Below the pieces are notes generated by a model. It was not told where the DNA came from. It searched no databases and saw only the letters and a list, made by a program, of their open reading frames with translations. From Mytilus trossulus (lineage: Eukaryota), in contig NC_086382.1 of assembly GCF_036588685.1 (NCBI RefSeq), forward strand, positions 77,996,001 to 78,060,000: a stretch of 64,000 nucleotides of DNA. Direction: 5' to 3'. A program made the translations under genes and the position numbers. Numbering within the stretch: the first letter of the stretch is position 1; each line of letters starts with the position of its first letter. Shown here one piece after another: positions 27,090-38,955 of the stretch.

Positions 27090-30000
27090 TCGGTTAAGGC
27101 GCTACCTTCCATTAATTGCTACTCATATTACATGTCACTGTAAATATTGTGAAATGCGCTACCTTCAATTAATTGCTACTTATATAACTTGTAAAGATAT
27201 CTCATAGCCAATGGGACAACTGTCGGTTGTTTGCTTGGGTCCTGACACCGCATAGGGTTAACCATGGGGTTTTTCCATATTATTGTTTCCTCTATTTTTC
27301 AGATATAAAGCAATGACGACGACGTACATTATCAAGTTTCGTGGAAGCAGGAAGGAATGGAATAGGCTGCTGGAAAGCAGTCATCCGTCAACAGAAGAAT
27401 ATAACTATTACAAACAAGAATTGAAGATCGCCACCTTCGAACGAACGAAAGAGATGGTGGAAATGATAGAGGGTCGGGGTGTTGAGTTCATCCTCATCCA
27501 CCCCGACCCCTATCCCTCTCCTGAAGAAGAGACTCGAAGGAGGGAGGAGGAGAAGACGAGGAAAAGTGAAGAAAAGAAAGAGAAGAATTTGCACCGCAAA
27601 AGAAGGGAGGCAGAGAGGCGGCTTCGAGGCAGGCCAGATCGCTCTGGCTCTGCGTGAACCTCATTGTATAGCATGTACCGGACATTTTACATGACTCTAC
27701 CAATTACTGTGATTTTGTTTTCTTTTTAAGTTTATATTTTTTTACCAGTGTAGGTTTCTTTGTTTATTATATGTATTTACATTATTTACACGCTGAGTCA
27801 CACTGCGTGTTCCATACTCCCAGCAGATATGGTAAGCACAGCCTGGAGAACATTCTAGCCGTGAAAATTATCATAGAGCGTATTCCAGCTGGTACCGCCT
27901 CGTGGCTGACAAAGAAAGAGACAGTGATGCAGCGGATGGCAAGCAAAATAACACTCGAGCCCGCTGCCGTCGTCGCAACGGCTCCGTCCGATTGCCGGGG
28001 TAACAAAGGTGTAGCACACCAGGATGAGGCCGATGATGCGGCTACTGTCGACGAGGCCAAGTCCATCAGTCGGGAGAGGAAAGCTCTTAAAAAAGAGGAA
28101 AGGAAAGCCAGAAAGCTAGCCAAGCGGTTGCTTGATGAAGGGGACGCAAAAGCTGTCGCGGGACAGGCCAAGGCCAAGAAGGCTAAGGTAACCCCTGAAG
28201 CCGACTCGGCGGTAGTCGTCGAGTCTAATCAAGTGGAGGCACCGTGCAAGAAGACTAAGCTTGTTGTCGCCTCGGACAAAGATGAGACAAAGAAGAGAGC
28301 GAGAGACATATCCACGCGTTTGCCGGCTGATGGGGAAGCCGAAGTTGGAAAGGCCAAGGACAATGCCGAGACGGTGACCAAGGTAGTCACGAAGGCTGAG
28401 GTAACCCCTAAAGCTGTAGAGGCAAAGTCGGAAAAAATGGAGCCCGCCTCCCATGGGTTCTTAAATATAGTGCTGAATTCCCGAATGAGGAAGAAATTGC
28501 AATGTGTGTTACTCATCCCCGGCCGGAGTATAAAGAGTGCGCGAGGCCCTTGGATTTAATGATCCCATGTGTGGATGTAAACCCAGAAGTAGAAGCGCCT
28601 GATCGGGTGGTGACGAGGGTCGACTCTCCACCTAAGTCCGTCTCCACTACCGCTATGCCTATGCAAGTTCCTTCCGGCCCTGTTGAACACTCTGATCCGG
28701 AGCTAGCGGTCCCTGCAAAGGCCGTGTAGTCGGTTAAGGCGCTACCTTCAATTAATTGCTACTCATATTACATGTCACTGTAAATATTGTGAAATGCGCT
28801 ACCTTCAATTAATTGCTACTTATATAACTTGTAAAGATATCTCATAGCCAATGGGACAACTGTCGGTTGTTTGCTTGGGTCCTGACACCGCATAGGGTTA
28901 ACCATGGGGTTTTTCCATATTATTGTTTCCTCTATTTTTCAGATATAAAGCAATGACGACGACGTACATTATCAAGTTTCGTGGAAGCAGGAAGGAATGG
29001 AATAGGCTGCTGGAAAGCAGTCATCCGTCAACAGAAGAATATAACTATTACAAACAAGAATTGAAGATCGCCACCTTCGAACGAACGAAAGAGATGGTGG
29101 AAATGATAGAGGGTCGGGGTGTTGAGTTCATCCTCATCCACCCCGACCCCTATCCCTCTCCTGAAGAAGAGACTCGAAGGAGGGAGGAGGAGAAGACGAG
29201 GAAAAGTGAAGAAAAGAAAGAGAAGAATTTGCACCGCAAAAGAAGGGAGGCAGAGAGGCGGCTTCGAGGCAGGCCAGATCGCTCTGGCTCTGCGTGAACC
29301 TCATTGTATAGCATGTACCGGACATTTTACATGACTTTACCAATTACTGTAATTTTGTTTTCTTTTTAAGTTTATATTTTTTTACCAGTGTAGGTTTCTT
29401 TGTTTATTATATGTATTTACATTATTTACACGCTGAGTCACACTGCGTGTTCCATACTCCCAGCCGATATGGTAAGCACAGCCTAGAGCACATTCTAGCC
29501 GTGAAAATTATCATAGAGCGTATTCCAGCTGGTACCGCCTCGTGGCTGACAAAGAAAGAGACAGTGATGCAGCGGATGGCAAGCAAAATAACACTCGAGC
29601 CCGCTGCCGTCGTCGCAACGGCTCCGTCCGATTGCCGGGGTAACAAAGGTGTAGCACACCAGGATGAGGCCGATGATGCGGCTACTGTCGACGAGGCCAA
29701 GTCCATCAGTCGGGAGAGGAAAGCTCTTAAAAAAGAGGAAAGGAAAGCCAGAAAGCTAGCCAAGCGGTTGCTTGATGAAGGGGACGCAAAAGCTGTCGCG
29801 GGACAGGCCAAGGCCAAGAAGGCTAAGGTAACCCCTGAAGCCGACTCGGCGGTAGTCGTCGAGTCTAATCAAGTGGAGGCACCGTGCAAGAAGACTAAGC
29901 TTGTTGTCGCCTCGGACAAAGATGAGACAAAGAAGAGAGCGAGAGACATATCCACGCGTTTGCCGGCTGATGGGGAAGCCGAAGTTGGAAAGGCCAAGGC

Positions 30001-33000
30001 CAATGCCGAGACGGTGACCAAGGTAGTCACGAAGGCTGAGGTAACCCCTAAAGCTGTAGAGGCAAAGTCGGAAAAAATGGAGCCCGCCTCCCATGGGTTC
30101 TTAAATATAGTGCTGAATTCCCGAATGAGGAAGAAATTGCAATGTGTGTTACTCATCCCCGGCCGGAGTATAAAGAGTGCGCGAGGCCCTTGGATTTAAT
30201 GATCCCATGTGTGGATGTAGACCCAGAAGTAGAAGCGCCTGATCGGGTGGTGACGAGGGTCGACTCTCCACCTAAGTCCGTCTCCACTACCGCTATGCCT
30301 ATGCAAGTTCCTTCCGGCCCTGTTGAACACTCTGATCCGGAGCTAGCGGTCCCTGCAAAGGCCGTGTAGTCGGTTAAGGCGCTACCTTCCATTAATTGCT
30401 ACTCATATTACATGTCACTGTAAATATTGTGAAATGCGCTACCTTCAATTAATTGCTACTTATATAACTTGTAAAGATATCTCATAGCCAATGGGACAAC
30501 TGTCGGTTGTTTGCTTGGGTCCTGACACCGCATAGGGTTAACCATGGGGTTTTTCCATATTATTGTTTCCTCTATTTTTCAGATATAAAGCAATGACGAC
30601 GACGTACATTATCAAGTTTCGTGGAAGCAGGAAGGAATGGAATAGGCTGCTGGAAAGCAGTCATCCGTCAACAGAAGAATATAACTATTACAAACAAGAA
30701 TTGAAGATCGCCACCTTCGAACGAACGAAAGAGATGGTGGAAATGATAGAGGGTCGGGGTGTTGAGTTCATCCTCATCCACCCCGACCCCTATCCCTCTC
30801 CTGAAGAAGAAACTCGAAGGAGGGAGGAGGAGAAGACGAGGAAAAGTGAAGAAAAGAAAGAGAAGAATTTGCACCGCAAAAGAAGGGAGGCAGAGAGGCG
30901 GCTTCGAGGCAGGCCAGATCGCTCTGGCTCTGCGTGAACCTCATTGTATAGCATGTACCGGACATTTTACATGACTCTACCAATTACTGTGATTTTGTTT
31001 TCTTTTTAAGTTTATATTTTTTTACCAGTGTAGGTTTCTTTGTTTATTATATGTATTTACATTATTTACACGCTGAGTCACACTGCGTGTTCCATACTCC
31101 CAGCAGATATGGTAAGCACAGCCTGGAGAACATTCTAGCCGTGAAAATTATCATAGAGCGTATTCCAGCTGGTACCGCCTCGTGGCTGACAAAGAAAGAG
31201 ACAGTGATGCAGCGGATGGCAAGCAAAATAACACTCGAGCCCGCTGCCGTCGTCGCAACGGCTCCGTCCGATTGCCGGGGTAACAAAGGTGTAGCACACC
31301 AGGATGAGGCCGATGATGCGGCTACTGTCGACGAGGCCAAGTCCATCAGTCGGGAGAGGAAAGCTCTTAAAAAAGAGGAAAGGAAAGCCAGAAAGCTAGC
31401 CAAGCGGTTGCTTGATGAAGGGGACGCAAAAGCTGTCGCGGGACAGGCCAAGGCCAAGAAGGCTAAGGTAACCCCTGAAGCCGACTCGGCGGTAGTCGTC
31501 GAGTCTAATCAAGTGGAGGCACCGTGCAAGAAGACTAAGCTTGTTGTCGCCTCGGACAAAGATGAGACAAAGAAGAGAGCGAGAGACATATCCACGCGTT
31601 TGCCGGCTGATGGGGAAGCCGAAGTTGGAAAGGCCAAGGACAATGCCGAGACGGTGACCAAGGTAGTCACGAAGGCTGAGGTAACCCCTAAAGCTGTAGA
31701 GGCAAAGTCGGAAAAAATGGAGCCCGCCTCCCATGGGTTCTTAAATATAGTGCTGAATTCCCGAATGAGGAAGAAATTGCAATGTGTGTTACTCATCCCC
31801 GGCCGGAGTATAAAGAGTGCGCGAGGCCCTTGGATTTAATGATCCCATGTGTGGATGTAAACCCAGAAGTAGAAGCGCCTGATCGGGTGGTGACGAGGGT
31901 CGACTCTCCACCTAAGTCCGTCTCCACTACCGCTATGCCTATGCAAGTTCCTTCCGGCCCTGTTGAACACTCTGATCCGGAGCTAGCGGTCCCTGCAAAG
32001 GCCGTGTAGTCGGTTAAGGCGCTACCTTCAATTAATTGCTACTCATATTACATGTCACTGTAAATATTGTGAAATGCGCTACCTTCAATTAATTGCTACT
32101 TATATACCTTGTAAAGATATCTCATAGCCAATGGGACAACTGTCGGTTGTTTGCTTGGGTCCTGACACCGCATAGGGTTAACCATGGGGTTTTTCCATAT
32201 TATTGTTTCCTCTATTTTTCAGATATAAAGCAATGACGACGACGTACATTATCAAGTTTCGTGGAAGCAGGAAGGAATGGAATAGGCTGCTGGAAAGCAG
32301 TCATCCGTCAACAGAAGAATATAACTATTACAAACAAGAATTGAAGATCGCCACCTTCGAACGAACGAAAGAGATGGTGGAAATGATAGAGGGTCGGGGT
32401 GTTGAGTTCATCCTCATCCACCCCGACCCCTATCCCTCTCCTGAAGAAGAGACTCGAAGGAGGGAGGAGGAGAAGACGAGGAAAAGTGAAGAAAAGAAAG
32501 AGAAGAATTTGCACCGCAAAAGAAGGGAGGCAGAGAGGCGGCTTCGAGGCAGGCCAGATCGCTCTGGCTCTGCGTGAACCTCATTGTATAGCATGTACCG
32601 GACATTTTACATGACTTTACCAATTACTGTAATTTTGTTTTCTTTTTAAGTTTATATTTTTTTACCAGTGTAGGTTTCTTTGTTTATTATATGTATTTAC
32701 ATTATTTACACGCTGAGTCACACTGCGTGTTCCATACTCCCAGCCGATATGGTAAGCACAGCCTAGAGCACATTCTAGCCGTGAAAATTATCATAGAGCG
32801 TATTCCAGCTGGTACCGCCTCGTGGCTGACAAAGAAAGAGACAGTGATGCAGCGGATGGCAAGCAAAATAACACTCGAGCCCGCTGCCGTCGTCGCAACG
32901 GCTCCGTCCGATTGCCGGGGTAACAAAGGTGTAGCACACCAGGATGAGGCCGATGATGCGGCTACTGTCGACGAGGCTTAGTCCATCAGTCGGGAGAGGA

Positions 33001-34356
33001 AAGCTCTTAAAAAAGAGAAAAAGAAAGCCAGAAAGCTAGCCAAGCGGTTGCTTGATGAAGGGGACGCCAAAGCTGTCGCGGGACAGGCCAAGGCCAAGAA
33101 GGCTAAGGTAACCCCTGAAGCCGACTAGGCGGTAGTCGTCGAGTCTAATCAAGTAGAGGCACCGTGCAAGAAGGCTAAGCTTGTTGTCGCCTCGGACAAA
33201 AGTGAGACAAAGAAGAGAGCGAGAGACATATCCACGCGTTTGCCGGCTGAGGGGGAAGCCGAAGTTGGAAAGGCCAAGGCCAATGCCGAGACGGTGACCA
33301 AGGTAGTCACGAAGGCTGAGGTAACCCCTAAAGCTGTAGAGGCAAAGTCGGAAAAAATGGAGCCCGCCTCCCATGATACGTTTGTCGCTAATTGGGTTCT
33401 TAAATATAGTGCTGAATTCCCGAATGAGGAAGAAATTGCAATGTGTGTTACTCATCCCCGTCCGGAGTATAAAGAGTGCGCGAGGCCCTTGGATTTAATG
33501 ATCCCATGTGTGGATGTAGACCCAGAAGTAGAAGCGCCTGCTCGGGTGGTGACGAGGGTCGACTCTCTACCTAAGTCCATCTCCACTACCGCTATGCAAG
33601 TTCCTTCCGGCCCTGTTGAACACTCTGATCCGGAGCTAGCGGTCCCTGCAAAGGCCGTCCAGTCGGTTAAGGCGCTACCTTCAATAAATTGCTACTCATA
33701 TTACATGTCACTGTAAATATTGTGAAATGCGCTACCTTCAATTAATTGCTACTTATATAACTAGTAAAGATATCTCATAGCCAATGGGACAACTGTCGGT
33801 TGTTTGCTTGGGTCCTGACACCGCATAGGGTTAACCATGGGGTTTTTCCATATTATTGTTTCCTCTATTTTTCAGATATAAAGCAATGACGACGACGTAC
33901 ATTATCAAGTTTCGTGGAAGCAGGAAGGAATGGAATAGGCTGCTGGAAAGCAGTCATCCGTCAACAGAAGAATATAACTATTACAAACAAGAATTGAAGA
34001 TCGCCACCTTCGAACGAACGAAAGAGATGGTGGAAATGATAGAGGGTCGGGGTGTTGAGTTCATCCTCATCCACCCCGACCCCTATCCCTCTCCTGAAGA
34101 AGAGACTCGAAGGAGGGAGGAGGAGAAGACGAGGAAAAGTGAAGAAAAGAAAGAGAAGAATTTGCACCGCAAAAGAAGGGAGGCAGAGAGGCGGCTTCGA
34201 GGCAGGCCAGATCGCTCTGGCTCTGCCTGAACCTCATTGTATAGCATGTACCGGACATTTTACATGACTCTGCCAATTACTGTGATTTTTTTTTTTTTTT
34301 AAGTTTATATTTTTTTACCAGTGTAGGTTTCTTTGTTTATTATATGTATTTACATT
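26152..34356 (+). repeat. Tandem array of five 1640-bp units (starts 26152, 27792, 29432, 31072, 32712)
   Basis: The ORF track repeats at an exact 1640-bp offset; unit 5 has a 19-bp insertion and a 6-bp deletion relative to units 1-4. Confidence 0.97.
27313..27657 (+). CDS. 114-aa orphan protein with charged basic C-terminus (copies 28953-29297, 30593-30937, 32233-32577, 33886-34230)
   Basis: ctatttttcag acceptor followed by ATG at 27313; protein identical in all five units; AT-rich 3' region, with aataaa near 34402 after the last copy. Confidence 0.6.
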   Translation: MTTTYIIKFRGSRKEWNRLLESSHPSTEEYNYYKQELKIATFERTKEMVEMIEGRGVEFILIHPDPYPSPEEETRRREEEKTRKSEEKKEKNLHRKRREAERRLRGRPDRSGSA

Positions 34357-34563
34357 TTTATTGTTGTGTTGTTTTATTTTATATATGATATTTTTTATTA
34401 TAAATAAAAAAAAAAATCCATTTTTTTTTTGTTACACATAACAAACAAAAGAGTTACAGGTATATATTATTTATTTCTATGTACAGGTATATATATTATT
34501 TATTTGAAATATACGTATAATACAACATGGTACAGATATATACAAGCAAAACCCCTGACCACC

Positions 34564-34917
34564 CTACCCGCCTCTAACAGGGATAGCGATAAGCTTATGC
34601 GTAGCATCACCGTGAAGTACCACCACAGCAGTGCGCTCTTGGACATGGCACTCGCTGCATGGTAGTACACGGTAACCCCCACTCATAGGCCTATCCCTTC
34701 CTCTATACACGCAGAATAAATAGGTAATACTATATACAGATATATACACAAGGCAACGACAATGTACAAGCAAAAGATACCCCGGTCCAGCCTGCCCGCC
34801 CGCCCTATCAGGGATAGCGATAAGCTTATGCGTAGCATCACCGTGAAGTACCACCACAGCAGTGCGCTCTTGGACATGGCACTCGCTGCATGGTAGTACA
34901 CGGTAACCCCCACTCAT
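34564..34917 (-). CDS. Duplicated small Cys-containing ORF (MSGGYRVLPCSECHVQERTAVVVLHGDATHKLIAIP...)
   Basis: Two near-identical 231-bp-spaced copies (ATG at about 34917 and 34686), each preceded by tttattctgcgtgtatag on the minus strand. Confidence 0.35.
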   Translation of the reverse strand: MSGGYRVLPCSECHVQERTAVVVLHGDATHKLIAIPDRAGGQAGPGYLLLVHCRCLVYISVYSITYLFCVYRGRDRPMSGGYRVLPCSECHVQERTAVVVLHGDATHKLIAIPVRGG

Positions 34918-35019
34918 AGACCACCCTAACTCTATACACGCAGAATAAATAAGTAATACTATATACAGATATATACACAAGGCAACGACAATGTACAATA
35001 TATATATACGAGGCCTCTG

Positions 35020-35660
35020 CCTTTCCCTTTCCGTTGGTACGAGGCGCGGGTATATATGGTTCGTCCCTGCTTCAAGCAGCGGCGGACAGTTTCATCGGTT
35101 GCGGCCTTTCCCTTTCTGCCTATACGAGGCACGGGTAGATATGGTCCGTCCCTGCTTCAAGCAGCGGCGGACAGTTTCGTCGGTCGCGGCCTTTCCCTTT
35201 CTGCCTGTACGAGGCGCGGGTAGATATGGTCCGTCCCCTACTACAAGCAGCGGTGGAAAGTTTCATTAATCGCGGCCTTTGGCTTTTAGCGGGCGACCGC
35301 GGGTCTTACTACTGGCAGGGGTAAAAAAAATATTTTTCATTGGGAAGAAATGTTCACGTCCGAGGATTTTTCTACGAAATACATCGCAAGATCTTTTAGC
35401 GGGCTACCGCGGCCTCTTGCGACGACCAGTGGAAAAAAAAAATTCATCGGGAAGAAATGTTCACGTCCGAGGATTTTTCTACGAGGTACATCGCAAGATG
35501 TTTTAGCGGGCTACCGCGGCCTCTTGCGACGACCAGGGGACAAAAAAAATTTCATCGGGAAAAAATGTTCACGTCCGAGGATTTTTCTACGAGGTACATC
35601 GCAAGATCTTATAGCGGGCTACCGCGGCCTCTTGCGACGACCAGGGAAAAAAATTTTCAT
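35020..35660 (+). repeat. Two adjacent GC-rich repeat blocks (about 85 bp x3; about 110 bp x3.5)
   Basis: gcggcctttccctttctgcct..acgaggc.cgggtagatatggtccgtccc and tttagcgggctaccgcggcctcttgcgacgacca...aaatgttcacgtccgaggatttttctacga; a related copy lies at 36060-36145. Confidence 0.85.
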
Positions 35661-35699
35661 CAGTGAATATTTCACATTTAAATGAATTATTCAGTGAAA

Positions 35700-36020
35700 A
35701 TGTTGCACATAACGCAGATAATAGAGGACCCCTCCACGGGACTGACGAGTGGGACAGGCCCGAAGCACATCATCTTTCAAGATGGTGTGCCGAAGGTAGT
35801 GGTGCGGGATGTATCCGTAACCAAGATCCAGAGGTCCGGATGGGAGTGGCGGCCGACGAAGATGCCGATGTCACAGATGAGGACCTGGGGGATCCCGACC
35901 ACGGAGAAGCCCACGGAGAAGCCGGAGCTGATAACTAGAAGGCTTATAAGTATCGATCTACACTGTTACTTGTTGAAATCGGTCCACACTTTTGAAAATC
36001 AGCGAAAATGTTACACATAA
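35700..36020 (+). CDS. Orphan ORF, weak paralog of 36205-36558
   Basis: IIEDPSTGLTSGTGPKHIIFQDGVPK aligns by eye with IIKDYHETSRATRTHTILRDGMWK; GC-rich coding-like patch. Confidence 0.35.
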   Translation: MLHITQIIEDPSTGLTSGTGPKHIIFQDGVPKVVVRDVSVTKIQRSGWEWRPTKMPMSQMRTWGIPTTEKPTEKPELITRRLISIDLHCYLLKSVHTFENQRKCYT

Positions 36021-36204
36021 CGTTTACATTTCATTTCATCGAGGATCCGCGGAAGACGTTTTAGCGGGAGGCCGCGGGTAGTACGATTAGAAGGGGGAAA
36101 ATAATTTCAGCGGGGAGAAATTTCTATGTCCGAGGATTTTTCATCGAGAGGCAGCGGGCGGATATTCCCCAATGTATCACATAACATTTACATTGCAGGT
36201 GTTA

Positions 36205-36558
36205 ATGAAAGAATCCAACAAGGTTATCATCAAGGATTACCATGAGACTAGTAGGGCGACTCGGACGCACACCATTCTTCGGGATGGTATGTGGAAGGAC
36301 CTGACGTGGAGTTCGCCAGATGTGAACATCCCACCGCCTAGTGAGCCTTGGTGGCTGGCCCGCGTCCAAGACGCCAGAAGGATGGACCAGCAGAGGATTG
36401 AGAGGAAGATTGGACAGGAGGCAGCGTGGTGGGCACGGGAGGACAGGACCCGCTGCATGTCAGGAATGCTAGCGGGTATGCCTAGCAGGTTTGTCCTAAA
36501 TACAAGTTTGGGACGGCCTGTTAGGAGCCTGTTTAAGGGGAAGAGGCAGATGCGGTAA
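36205..36558 (+). CDS. 117-aa Trp/Arg-rich orphan ORF
   Basis: tttacattgcag acceptor at 36198, ATG at 36205; GC-rich coding-like composition. Confidence 0.45.
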   Translation: MKESNKVIIKDYHETSRATRTHTILRDGMWKDLTWSSPDVNIPPPSEPWWLARVQDARRMDQQRIERKIGQEAAWWAREDRTRCMSGMLAGMPSRFVLNTSLGRPVRSLFKGKRQMR

Positions 36559-38083
36559 GGACTGGGACGGGCAAGCCTGAGAGTCGGCGGTGAGCCAACC
36601 GCGTCCAGGCTTGGACAGACAGTTACCTTTCTATAGGTGAGTACCTTTACCTCCTATGTTAAATCTTTACTTTCAACTCTTCATGGGGAACTATTGTGCT
36701 ATGTATTCACACATTATTTTTTTCTTCAGGTAATGCAAACTTCATAGAGAACTGTTGTGCAATGTATTCACACATTATATATTTCAGGTAACTACGCAGG
36801 CGCCAGCCCTAAGATGGAGGTCCCTAGTGACCTGAAGGTGGAGGTGGACGCTGGCACGGCCGACCCGATCTTGTACGAGGCGCAGATAGTGCCCACGACA
36901 GAGCCTGTCACCGGTGAGTACCTTGTATTTAGATATTGGCCAACACGGTCAATCATTATCACTGTTAAGTACGTGAACATGCCTTGCTAATCTTTCCTTT
37001 CATTTTTTACAGAGGAGGACGTGGTGGAGGAGGGTGCGCCCCACGCCCAGACAGCCCCTGTCACTGGTGAGTACCTTGTATTAAGACATCGACCAACACG
37101 GTTAATCATTATCACTCTTAAGTACGTGAACATGCCTTGCTAATCTTTCCTTTCATTTTTTACAGAGGAGGACGTGGTGGAGGAGACCAGGGCCACCAAG
37201 CTGAAGGACGTGGTGCAGGAGACCAGGGCCACCCAGCTGAAGGACGTGGTGCAGGAGACGTACATAAATACCTCTGACTCTGGTAGGTACATTGTATTTA
37301 GATATCGGCCAACACTGTTAATTTTTATCACTGTTTAGTACGATAACATGCACTGAAAAATTTACACTTATTCTTACAGGGAAAGGATTGCAGGACTTGG
37401 ACCTGGAGATGGCCAAGCTTGACGCAAAGGAAGAGAAGAAAGCCCCGAAGGTTGGCAAGTTCACGGGGAAGAGGAGTGCGTCCAGAAGGAAGTCTTTGCG
37501 GTTTCTGGACCAGCTCGTCCCAGAGGTCCCAGAGGCAGCTCACATCGAACAGGAGAAGCAGGGTATGTATTATGAGTATTATTTCTTTTCAAAACTGTTC
37601 TATATGATTGTTATAATGCTACGCGTAATTGTGATAATGCTACGCATAATGGTGAATACTGTAGATGTACATGGCAAATATTTTTTTTACAAAGTCAACA
37701 GACATGTCATCAGCGGAGGACTCCTGCGATCAATATGTCCTGCCACCCAGCGCTGATGACTATTCATCGGACGACAGCGGTAAGTTTATCATTAGACATC
37801 GAAGTGACGGGCATGAAAATGTATCAAATTGTGAAAATATATTTTTAGGTGTGAAAATGTTACCAAGTAATATTGAAAGTTGACTATTTCCTTTTACAGC
37901 GGTAGTAAGTCCTTCGGACGAGGAGGCACCTCCTGCCAAGAAGAGGAAGGAGGTTTCCAAGGAGGAGAAGGACCTGTTAGGTAAGTTTAACAATCGTTAA
38001 CTTGACTTACTGTGAACGCGGTTGTCACATTTGTAGGACGGATTAGATTTGAAAATGACTGTTACCTGAATGTGAAAAAAAAA

Positions 38084-38312
38084 TTAGCGAGAGCCGCGGG
38101 TTAACGGCTGGAGACAGAGGGAAGCCTCAGAAAAAAACAAGGCGGCCCGAGAGAAAAAAAAACTAGCGAGAGCCGCGGGTTTACGACTTGACAAGGGGAA
38201 GCTGCAGAAAAAAACAAGGCGGCCCGAGAGACAAAAAAAACTAGCGAGAGCCGCGGGTTTACGACTTGGCAAGGGGAGGCCGCAGACAAACAAGCGGCCC
38301 GAGAAAAAAACA
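38084..38312 (+). repeat. Three intronic repeats of about 78 bp
   Basis: tagcgagagccgcgggttta...caaggcggcccgaga x3; the core resembles the tagcgggctaccgcgg repeats at 35286-35660. Confidence 0.8.
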
Positions 38313-38752
38313 AATTTTGTGAATGTTACTTATAAATGTTCGCACTTTTCTTGCATATTCTTCGGCCAAGGGGTTTGTCGCCCGCACTATTGCGGAGTTC
38401 GAGGCCATTTCCGATGGAACTGATGTTCAAGCTGTTGCTGCTGACGTGCCAGCGGAGGAGTCAGGGTCTGACACTGATTCTGAAGCTGATGACCCAGAGC
38501 CAGCTGACGAGCCAGTTCGAGGAAGGAAGAGGAGAGCCGCTACGACACGGTGAGTTTTATGTTAATATATTTTTTATTATATACTATATATACCCTTAAG
38601 GGCTATCAGTGTAAAACATATCGAACCCTTCTAAGCAACTTTATTCGGTGGACGGACTTTTGTATTTTTCTGACAATTGCTACCCGTCCTGTGAAAATGT
38701 TACACATAAATGTGAAAAAGTTTCGGACAGGAAAGGTCCCAAGACAGTTGCT

Positions 38753-38955
38753 CAGGATGCACAGGACGACGAGGCGTCCTTCCCTGAAGTCAGCTTTAAC
38801 GTTCAGGATGCACAGGAAGACGAGGCGTCCTCTTCTGAGGCAAGCTCTAACGTTCAGGATGCACAGGACGACGAGGCGTCCTCCCCTGAAGCAAGCTCTA
38901 ACGTTCCGGATGCACAGGACGACGAGGCGTCCTCCCCTGAAGCAAGCTCTAACAG
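38753..38955 (+). repeat. Four 51-bp coding repeats (QDAQDDEASSPEASSNV)
   Basis: Visible in ORF 38648; a single related copy (QDAQADGTSSPEAS) occurs in YR1. Confidence 0.9.

Noticed and set aside
26079-34276. Minus-strand and alternative-frame ORFs in the 1640-bp array
   Set aside because: Shadows of the K/A/E-rich and E/R/K-rich plus-strand ORFs; no independent signals.
35742-35768. Hammerhead core (ctgacga...cgaag)
   Set aside because: GAAG rather than GAAA, no convincing stems I/III, and it lies in coding-like sequence.
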